Positions 19,901 through 26,433 of a stretch of DNA of 64,000 nt are shown one piece after another. Made by a program: the position numbers and the translations under genes. Source of the stretch: Pseudomonadota bacterium (lineage in GTDB: Bacteria; Pseudomonadota; Alphaproteobacteria; SMXQ01). The stretch covers positions 9,173 through 73,172 of the forward strand of contig JADFJG010000002.1 of NCBI GenBank assembly GCA_022566265.1. Reading direction: 5' to 3'. Below the pieces are notes generated by a model. It did no database searches and was not told the origin of the DNA. It saw only the letters and a list, made by a program, of their open reading frames with translations. Numbering within the stretch: position 1 is the stretch's first letter; each line of letters begins with the position of its first letter.

Positions 19901-20388
19901 TCACAACTGACAACCCCTCGGCTGAGGCCTTAGCCGCTTGCGGGGCCATTCTGTATTGGTGCAATCGCGCCGACCTTGACGAGAATACAAAGCGGAACGC
20001 CTGCCATCACCCGCTGAGCATCCTGGCGCGGCATGAGCAGGGCGCCGCGCTCGATGTTATTCGGGATTGCGAGCACGCCCTCGTCGAAGGCCTGAAGCAT
20101 CTTCCAGGAAAAACGCCAGTAGAGCGGTCCATTGTCGGCCGCTTTCCGGCCGAGGTGGTAGAAATCTGCCGCCATGCTCTACTCCGGCCGGCAATCCAGA
20201 TAGGATACTTCCGTCATTTCTCGGATTATGACAGGCACCAGGATCTGGAATTCGCCATCAACGTCCTCGCACACCATGGGAACACCACCCACCTCACGCT
20301 TCTTCGACGTTGCGCTGGCGACCCCGCCCTCGGAATAACTGCGATTGCCGCGGTGAAGGTGGCCGAACAGCGCATGACTACCCCATGA
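16981..20388 (+). CDS. NERD (nuclease-related domain) - NACHT/STAND P-loop NTPase fusion with a long alpha-helical C-terminal region (candidate bacterial NLR-like antiphage protein)
   Basis: N-terminal ~190 aa match the NERD pattern: GxxxE (IGQQIEHASE), QIDFVVG, LVVEAKG, NPYVQ. The central P-loop has Walker A ILIRGPSGCGKTLL, a NACHT-type Walker B ILFILDGYNE (hhhhDGhxE), and a following LITSQ resembling the NACHT TSR motif. The ~700-aa C-terminal region is helical, with no obvious TPR or WD repeats. GC content is clearly below the flanks. The start is non-ATG in this frame: GTG at 16981 or TTG at 17059. Confidence 0.7.
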   Translation: MSRSAGNALKGPAQGPFTLWPAQGTRLAQNETQQIEIYIGQQIEHASERAVLDRLVHLLKRDQRPAIILSNFSLKARQIDFVVGLDDLALVVEAKGCSRPVRGGENGPWHVGLASGDWKDFRNPYVQARDAALAVKDAMRSFFNADVQYPSAALIFVPEIPRGSRVYAGDFKVSVTGLDGLHAALQTRQNDTWPLIQWREFAQHLRLTPVSTVATACDPSLAGAEDLLRRYTAAFGRTYTSAEPLIPFVCQSDGEAISSEDVARLVSEQHADILIRGPSGCGKTLLAAHAGLEFNRRGGVAITIPARNYTGSLKAVLDREASLLGAASAVKLLNAARRRNRPILFILDGYNECAESEQSSLTRGLAALARNYEGSVLITSQTPLARNDLLALRAVEVSSTSMETKIAIALNVIGGDALPREIKPLLDAVSTGLEARLVGEVGQQPSRGSSRYALFDAFARKRLGNAANDGIRTLTEVAAWLSDRIAFSLSIRDLDRLADAERVPQSLLRLLQTSGLLALRGDRVSFEHEMFFNAFAAEAVVRRTAGQSEPLLIALTTPQHAARKDFIIGAIDDDLLLEQVLEGVTDRTCVAACLSGACGRRAQEWAEARCLNLLERLREEVRNIRFRIYDKGWWNVAFEEDFLTTWSLCDRAFLAALPQLIAEGCYLDDILNIIGILDQRIAEEWSRLRHEASERSIALRSGLFANSYVFPFSATPGITQICSHLHGQLFWTTSDAVARVIERNLMGDDLSPGQLYLILMLRRGADIAASLITRALKTRWASAPYHLRLDLIDAAVVCQRANEADRTALIEAIEALPQPQHPFISTAIVDALRFLGGLETPEQEHQIVVREEISRCLTCPDDAETCAAAYGIYSAQFDHPFSGAYCEVVPNLSDDERKQLLMMAARGADDSTFFLSPLLIELASFGDPKVGVIIGRSTEFPPTDSFMPQDAIAVFVVAHVSLGRLGCRLPDRQLTTDNPSAEALAACGAILYWCNRADLDENTKRNACHHPLSILARHEQGAALDVIRDCEHALVEGLKHLPGKTPVERSIVGRFPAEVVEICRHALLRPAIQIGYFRHFSDYDRHQDLEFAINVLAHHGNTTHLTLLRRCAGDPALGITAIAAVKVAEQRMTTP

Positions 20389-20518
20389 TCGATAATGCCA
20401 CCTCGACACGTGTCATCGGCGCGGTGGTCGAGCCGGGAAGCGAGCCGCTCGAGACCTTAGCCCGTCGAATCGGATCGCATTACATACGAGACGGGCTTCA
20501 ATAGGATATCCTGGCGCT

Positions 20519-21163
20519 ATGGAAGAGCCGACCTTTAATGAACTCCTTGAGCGAGACTTTAGTTGGCCGAAGATAGGAAACAAACTGTTCTCACCGGGCC
20601 AACCTGCATACGGAGCGTTTCTGGCCGGCCACGCTGGCGAGCGGCTTCATCATTTGACAGAAGGATACAAGTTGGCTGCCGATCTACTCGTTGAACAGTC
20701 AGAAGCTGAGGTATGGCGAAGGCGGAAATTGGTCTACCCCATCGTTTTTTGCTATCGGCATTTTTTGGAACTTACGTTGAAAGGCATGCTCAAAGAGTAT
20801 GGATCGATGGGCAGCACAACGCCGAAATGGTCCCACCACAGACTTCAAGACCTATGGAGAGATTTTCGGACGCTTCTTACAAGTCTCGACGGAGACCATC
20901 AAGACGAGCAGGGCACGGAGGCAGTTGAGCAATGCATCGCGGAGTTCGCGAAGATCGATCCGTTCTCGGAGACTTTTCGGTATCCGACTCGCCGAAAGGG
21001 ACAGCCTTTTGACGTTCCCTATGAGATGATCGACTTGCTCCAGCTTCGCGACACAATGCAAGCGATAGAAAACTACTTCATGTGCGCCGATAGCATCCTC
21101 GACAGCGACATCGCCATGGCCCCGCTCCGCGCCGGGCTTGTTTTGCGCCCGTCCGACCGCTAG
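20519..21163 (+). CDS. hypothetical protein, co-located with the NERD-NACHT gene in the low-GC islet
   Basis: 214-aa ORF, ATG start 130 bp downstream of the NERD-NACHT stop. GC roughly 50%, against ~67% for the genome. Predicted alpha-helical. No family recognised by eye. Confidence 0.5.
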   Translation: MEEPTFNELLERDFSWPKIGNKLFSPGQPAYGAFLAGHAGERLHHLTEGYKLAADLLVEQSEAEVWRRRKLVYPIVFCYRHFLELTLKGMLKEYGSMGSTTPKWSHHRLQDLWRDFRTLLTSLDGDHQDEQGTEAVEQCIAEFAKIDPFSETFRYPTRRKGQPFDVPYEMIDLLQLRDTMQAIENYFMCADSILDSDIAMAPLRAGLVLRPSDR

Positions 21164-21386
21164 CGCCCGGCGCCCGGTATCTGTAACTCTACGTATAGGA
21201 TCGACCGAATGGCCCGTGGTAGGTCTGGGCGTGGCGCTGACCGGCTTCCGGGAGCCCGTCCTGGGGATGTGTTTCGACGCCTAATCCCCACTGCCCTGGG
21301 CTCCCCTCTCTCCGATCAGCGCCACCCTTCCCTTCCCGACCGGTCCGATCCCCGCTCCGCGCCCGGGTCGATTTCGGTTGAGCGAA

Positions 21387-21890
21387 TCACAAGGGTTCGA
21401 ACTTGTCGCGGTCGATCTTCGCCAGGTTCTGGCCCTCGATTCGGATCAGGCGGGTCTCGCTTTCGCGCATCGGCGAGTGGAGATCGCCTTCGTTGTAGAC
21501 CTTAGCCATTCCGGGCTCGAGGTTGTAGGTGCGCAGCCGTTCGACCTTGCCCGGCTTGTCGCCTTTCGGCGGTTCGACGAGCCGCCAGTCGGTCATTTCG
21601 GTCACGCCCTCCACTTGGCCATAGATCGCCCACGACGGTCCGTGGTCGTGCGGCTGGCTGCTTCTCGGGCCTTTGTAGATATGGGCGACGATGCAAAAGC
21701 CGAGATCGGCGTCTTCATAGAGGATATTGCGCGCCTTATCCGCCTCCGGCCCGAGATGGGCGGCGACGAAGGCGTCGTCGCCGAGCGCGCGTTCCAGCAA
21801 CCCGCGCACCTTTTCGCGGCCCGGAGGCCCGGGAAATTCCGTCAACGCGTTTCGGCAATCGGCGGCGAATTCATCAAGCGTATAGGCCAT
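21387..21890 (-). CDS. cupin-domain protein (cysteine dioxygenase type-I-like)
   Basis: Start at MAYTLDEF. The cupin His cluster (CIVAHIYKGPRSSQPHDHGPSWAIYGQVEG) resembles the thiol-dioxygenase / CDO family. Confidence 0.5.
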   Translation of the reverse strand: MAYTLDEFAADCRNALTEFPGPPGREKVRGLLERALGDDAFVAAHLGPEADKARNILYEDADLGFCIVAHIYKGPRSSQPHDHGPSWAIYGQVEGVTEMTDWRLVEPPKGDKPGKVERLRTYNLEPGMAKVYNEGDLHSPMRESETRLIRIEGQNLAKIDRDKFEPL

Positions 21891-21977
21891 TCCATCCCTC
21901 CCCGGTGATTTTCCTGGATCGCTACGCCCAGCATATACCACCCATTACCCGCCATACAGGCTCCACCGGCGCCAAAC

Positions 21978-22781
21978 CTACAACACGCGGTCGAGGCCTC
22001 TCCATAACAGGGCGCCGGCGCCGACCAGCAGGATCAACTGGAAGGCGCCGTAAAACCGGCTGGTATCCGAGCGGTCGAAGAAGCGGATGCCTATCCAGGC
22101 GCCGAACCACGACGCCGGCGCCAGAAACAACGATTCGATGAGGAGCCGGAAGGAAATCAGCCCGACGAAGATGGCGATGATGAAACGCCAATAGAGGAAT
22201 ATGGACCCCAGCAGGATCGAGGTGCCCCGCATGAGCGCCGGCGTCGGGCAGGCAAGCTTGAGGTACACCGAATAGAAGTACATGCCGCCGCCCCCGGCCA
22301 TACCGGCGATCAGGCCGCTGATGGTGGAAAGGCCGAAGGCCGTCGCCATGCCGCGGAGGTCGATCTTGCGGGCCAGGCGATCGAGCAGATGATAGCGGTC
22401 CATCACCATCACCCCGGCCAGGACGACGCCGAGGAGGACCATGAGCCAGCCCGCCTCGATCTTCTTGAAGATCAGGAGGCCGACGGCGATGGCGGCGAAG
22501 CCGGCGGCGATCATCGGTCTGGCGATCTTCCAGTCGCCGTGGCGCAGCCCGAAGGGGATCATCTGGACCTGGGCGATCACGCCGGCGCTCAGCGCCAACA
22601 GGACGGCATGGTGAGGCTCGGTCACCAGGGTGGAGAACACGACCGCGGGCGTGATCGCCCCGAAGCCGAAGGCGCCGCGGATGATGGCCGTCGCCCCGTA
22701 GATCAAGACCAGCAGGGCCACCCCGGCACCGTCGAGCCGGTGGAAGGGCACGAGATCGGGGGCAAGGAAATCGAGGGTCAC
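21978..22781 (-). CDS. sulfite exporter TauE/SafE family membrane protein
   Basis: 267 aa with ~8 TM segments and two Gly-rich internal repeats (AFGFGAITPA, AGMAGGGGM) typical of DUF81 / TauE-SafE. Confidence 0.7.
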   Translation of the reverse strand: MTLDFLAPDLVPFHRLDGAGVALLVLIYGATAIIRGAFGFGAITPAVVFSTLVTEPHHAVLLALSAGVIAQVQMIPFGLRHGDWKIARPMIAAGFAAIAVGLLIFKKIEAGWLMVLLGVVLAGVMVMDRYHLLDRLARKIDLRGMATAFGLSTISGLIAGMAGGGGMYFYSVYLKLACPTPALMRGTSILLGSIFLYWRFIIAIFVGLISFRLLIESLFLAPASWFGAWIGIRFFDRSDTSRFYGAFQLILLVGAGALLWRGLDRVL

Positions 22782-23121
22782 GGGCGCGCGCCCCGGCTTC
22801 TCCTGGCGGTCGTCTTCATGGCTTGGGGAACTTAAGCGGTCGCCGCCCCCAAGGCACCAAGATTCTGGTCGGCCCAGGGCGCGCCCGGCGATAACCGGCG
22901 CCGGCGCCGATGGGGAACCTGCCCGTCAGTAGTAGTGCCCGTCAGTAGTAGTGAATGACGTGGCGGCTGCGTGACAGGATGTAGGAGTTGCCGTAGCGGT
23001 CGAAACACAGGGTCCCGCCGATCTTGGCCCGGCGGCCGAAGCGGTCAAAGCCGTACTTGATCACCGCCCTACAGCCGGCCGAATACCGGCTGCGGCCGTA
23101 ATTGTGGCCGCCGTAGTGACG

Positions 23122-23424
23122 TTAGCGGACATGAGGTCCGTAGGCAAAATAGGCGAACGGAAGGGCGAGACTGAGGAAAAACCTTGTCCGCCCGTGCCGG
23201 CGCCCATGGCGAAAGCCGCCCCCGTGTCGGCCGAAACGCCCGTGGCCGAAACCGCGTCCGGACCCGAGGCGGTGACGGCTTTTGGCCTTGACGATGTGAT
23301 TGCCGGCGACCGCCCGGCTGTCGGCCTTCACCGCCGCGCCGGCATGAATGGCGGCGGCGTGTCCCGGCTGGATCACGCCCAGCGTCAGGACCAAGGCGGA
23401 AATCGCCACTCCTGGTCTCATCAT
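23122..23424 (-). CDS. small secreted Gly/His/Arg-rich protein (possibly disrupted; in-frame TAA followed by a further coding-like segment)
   Basis: Signal peptide MMRPGVAISALVLTLGVIQPGHA, then GFGHGRFGRHGGGFRHGRRHG. The in-frame stop at ~23120-23122 is followed by another ~60 codons (RHYGGHNYGRSRYSAGC...HVIHYY) ending in a duplicated 16-bp 3' end. Confidence 0.35.
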   Translation of the reverse strand: MMRPGVAISALVLTLGVIQPGHAAAIHAGAAVKADSRAVAGNHIVKAKSRHRLGSGRGFGHGRFGRHGGGFRHGRRHGRTRFFLSLALPFAYFAYGPHVR

Positions 23425-23583
23425 GGCGCCCTCCCTTCACAATCGAGTGCTCTATAGCTCAAGGAGACCCTAGCCGATCGATGCTGAACCGGTCATGAAC
23501 GGCGCCGGGCAGGGCTCCGGCGATCTTCCAGTCGCCCTCACGGAGGCTGACGAGGTGCCCGTTCGGGCCGGGCCGCAAAGGTG

Positions 23584-24015
23584 CTAACAGGCGCCGCAAC
23601 TCTCGACCGGCAGGCCGCGTTTGAGCCAGCCGGGGCCGTAGGGGCCGCCGAGCATCCCTTCCTTGATGTTCAGGACCCGGGTGAAGCCGGCCTCGGCGAG
23701 GATCCGCTGGGCGAGGGTCGAGCGGTTGCCGGTGGCACAGATGACCGCGATCGGCCTCTTGAGATCGCCGCCGAGCGCCACCTTCACCGCCTCGACGAAG
23801 CCTGGCAGGCCACCCGGATCATGGATCGTCACCCGGCGCGCGCCCTTGGGAACGCCGGTCTGGCGCCACTCCCCGGGCGAGCGCACATCGATCACCAGAA
23901 TCTCACCGGCCGCGGCGCGCCGGGCCGCCGCGTCGGCGGCGATGACACCGGCCTCGCCGGCGGCGGCAAAGGTGGCCAGCGCCAGCGTGCCGATCAGCAA
24001 TATAAATCCCGCCAT
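23584..24015 (-). CDS. rhodanese-domain sulfurtransferase (secreted/periplasmic)
   Basis: Start at MAGFILLIGTLALATFAAA (signal peptide). Rhodanese fold with an active-site loop CATGNRS. Confidence 0.75.
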   Translation of the reverse strand: MAGFILLIGTLALATFAAAGEAGVIAADAAARRAAAGEILVIDVRSPGEWRQTGVPKGARRVTIHDPGGLPGFVEAVKVALGGDLKRPIAVICATGNRSTLAQRILAEAGFTRVLNIKEGMLGGPYGPGWLKRGLPVESCGAC

Positions 24016-24227
24016 CGGCGCGCGCCGTCGGCGCGGCGCCTTCGCCCCCCCAAGTTGCCCCGTGGTCATGGATTTCTCCCCCGATGTGTGGGATGTCCCG
24101 GCAAGGATAACGCCGATCGGCCGGCGGGTCCATCGGACCCGCCCCTTGAAGCATTAGGCTGGCCTGGCGACAAAGCCACTTCGTCCACCGGCAATATGCC
24201 GATTATCTATTCGGCGGGTACCGGCAC

Positions 24228-25142
24228 CTATCCGCGCACCGGTGTTGCCAACTCATCGCGCAGGAATTCGCCCAGCATTCGAAACTCATCGCCGCGCCTG
24301 GTGCTCTTGCGCCATGCCAGGGTGATGCGGCGGGACGCCTTGGGGCTTGAGAACGGACGGAAATCCAACCTGAGCCCGCGCAGGATGCCGGCGTCTATCG
24401 ACATTTTGGGCAGCACCGTCACACCGAGCCCGTTATCGACCATCTGCACCAGGGTATGCAGGCTGGTGGCCTGAAAACGGCCCCCGCGCACCCTTTCGCC
24501 GAACTTGCCCATGGCCAGGATCTGGTCGGTCAGACAGTTCCCTTCCTCCAGCACCAGCAGCGCATCCCGGTCCAGCCGCGCCGGCGTCATGGTTTCGAAC
24601 GCGCCCATGCCATGGCCGCGCGGGAAAACGGCGAGGAAAGAATCGTCGGCGACCTCGAATGTTTCCACCTTTTCCGCCTTATACGGTAACGCCATCAACA
24701 CCAGATCCAACGCGCCGCCGGCCAGTTGCCGCAGCAGGGACCCCGTCTGTTCCTCGCGCAAATACAGCCGCAGCTCGGGATAGTCCCGCCGCAGCCTGGG
24801 CAGCACCCGGGGCAACAGGAACGGTCCGATGGTGGGAATCACCCCCATCCGAAGATCGCCCGCCAGCGGCGCGCCCGCGGCCCCCGCCAGGTCGGTCAAA
24901 TCGTCGACCCTGGCCACCACTTCCTTGGCCAGGCCGACCATCTCACGACCCAACGGCGTCAGCATGACGGAACGCTTGGTCCGCTCGAAAAGCGTGGCGC
25001 CGAGTACGGTCTCCAATTCCTTGATGCTGGCGCTCAACGACGACTGGGTGACCAGGCAAGCCTCCGCCGCGCGGCTGAAATGGCATCGCTCGGCCAGGCT
25101 CAGGAAATGGCGAAGCTGACGAAGGGTGGGTTCGGGCGGCAT
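24228..25142 (-). CDS. oxyR: LysR-family transcriptional regulator, OxyR-like (single-Cys variant)
   Basis: 304 aa with an N-terminal LysR HTH. The regulatory domain aligns to OxyR around EEGNCLTDQ (the E. coli C199 region), but the position equivalent to C208 is Lys (AMGKFGE). Divergently transcribed from a peroxiredoxin gene. Confidence 0.6.
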   Translation of the reverse strand: MPPEPTLRQLRHFLSLAERCHFSRAAEACLVTQSSLSASIKELETVLGATLFERTKRSVMLTPLGREMVGLAKEVVARVDDLTDLAGAAGAPLAGDLRMGVIPTIGPFLLPRVLPRLRRDYPELRLYLREEQTGSLLRQLAGGALDLVLMALPYKAEKVETFEVADDSFLAVFPRGHGMGAFETMTPARLDRDALLVLEEGNCLTDQILAMGKFGERVRGGRFQATSLHTLVQMVDNGLGVTVLPKMSIDAGILRGLRLDFRPFSSPKASRRITLAWRKSTRRGDEFRMLGEFLRDELATPVRG

Positions 25143-25310
25143 TGGACGGGTCCTTATATTAATCGTTTTAATCGATTATTATAATCATTATTACTCATTT
25201 TACAAATCATGAATACGCCCTATATTTCTCTTCACGACACCAACGCAACCGGTCGAGAGACCCCACCAAGAACCCTTTGCCACACCAAGAACCCTTTGAA
25301 GGAGAGGAAA
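25143..25310. promoter_or_regulatory. divergent oxyR-prx intergenic control region
   Basis: 168-bp AT-richer spacer between the divergently oriented OxyR-like regulator and the peroxiredoxin. This is the classic arrangement for OxyR-bound promoters. The binding site itself was not resolved by eye. Confidence 0.4.
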
Positions 25311-25850
25311 ATGAAAATGCCGACAGTCCCCAGCGTTACCTTCAAGACCCGGGTCCGCAACGACGCCATCGAAGGTCCCAACCCGTTCGAGTGGAAAGAT
25401 CTGACCAGCGACGAGGTCTTCAAAGGCAAGCGGGTCGTCTTGTTCGCCTTGCCCGGCGCCTTTACGCCCACCTGCTCGACCTCTCACCTGCCGCGCTACG
25501 AAGAACTTCACGACGAATTCCGCGCCCAAGGCATCGACCGGATCGTCTGTCTGTCGGTGAACGACGCCTTCGTGATGTATCGATGGGGCGAGTCCCAGAA
25601 CGCCAAAAACGTCTTCCTGCTGCCCGACGGTTCCGGTGAATTCACCCGCAAGATGGGGATGCTGGTGGACAAGTCGAACCTCGGTTTCGGGATGCGCAGC
25701 TGGCGCTACTCGATGTTGGTCGAGGACGGCGTGATGGTAAAAATGTTCATCGAAGATGGTTTCTCGGACAACTGCCCGACCGATCCCTTCGAGGTCTCCG
25801 ACGCCGACACCATGCTGGGCTTCCTCAAGGAAAACCGCGAAGCCGCCTAA
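25311..25850 (+). CDS. peroxiredoxin (Prx5/type-2 AhpC-TSA family)
   Basis: Start at MKMPTVPS. Motif [15 protein letters not shown] (peroxidatic Cys) plus a resolving-region Cys. Resembles Prx5-like bacterial peroxiredoxins that OxyR regulates in alphaproteobacteria. Confidence 0.85.
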   Translation: MKMPTVPSVTFKTRVRNDAIEGPNPFEWKDLTSDEVFKGKRVVLFALPGAFTPTCSTSHLPRYEELHDEFRAQGIDRIVCLSVNDAFVMYRWGESQNAKNVFLLPDGSGEFTRKMGMLVDKSNLGFGMRSWRYSMLVEDGVMVKMFIEDGFSDNCPTDPFEVSDADTMLGFLKENREAA

Positions 25851-26017
25851 CTTCCTGCCGCAATCGGTTTTGTGCGATCAGACCCGCGGGCAGGACGGCC
25901 CGAAGCGCTTCAATCGACGGCTCGACCGGTCGATCGCGGGGGTCCAGCATGGTGGCTTGTTCCGGAAATCTAGGTTAAGTAAATAGGCGCATTCGAACTC
26001 CCAGGAGGACACGCCAG

Positions 26018-26392
26018 ATGCCGGACCCATCCCTTTACCAACGCCTCGGCGGGTATGACGCCATCGCCGCCGTCGCCGACGCCTTCCTGGCGCGGGTAAC
26101 CGGCGATGATATACTGCGCCGCTTCTGGGATCACCGGGGCGAGGATGGGGTCGAGCGCGAGAAACAGTTGCTGATAGATTTCCTGTGCGCCTCGGCGGGC
26201 GGACCGCTCCTTTATACCGGCCGCGACATGAAGACCACGCACAAGGGCATGGGAATCGGCGAAGACGACTGGCGGCGGCTACTCGGTCACCTGAGTACGA
26301 CCCTTGACAGCTTCGACGTGCCCGAGCGGGAAAAAAGCGACGTGCTGGCCTTTATAGACAGCACCAAGGCGGAGATCGTCGAGGTCCCCTAG
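26018..26392 (+). CDS. glbN: truncated haemoglobin (group I/II trHb)
   Basis: 124 aa. Motifs LYQRLGGYDAIAAVADAFLARV...FLCASAGGPLLYTGRDMKTTHKGMGI match the 2/2 haemoglobin fold. An AGGAGG RBS precedes the start. Confidence 0.8.
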   Translation: MPDPSLYQRLGGYDAIAAVADAFLARVTGDDILRRFWDHRGEDGVEREKQLLIDFLCASAGGPLLYTGRDMKTTHKGMGIGEDDWRRLLGHLSTTLDSFDVPEREKSDVLAFIDSTKAEIVEVP

Positions 26393-26433
26393 GAGCCTGG
26401 TTTTCCATAGACCCGATTTGAGGCGCAAGGGGG

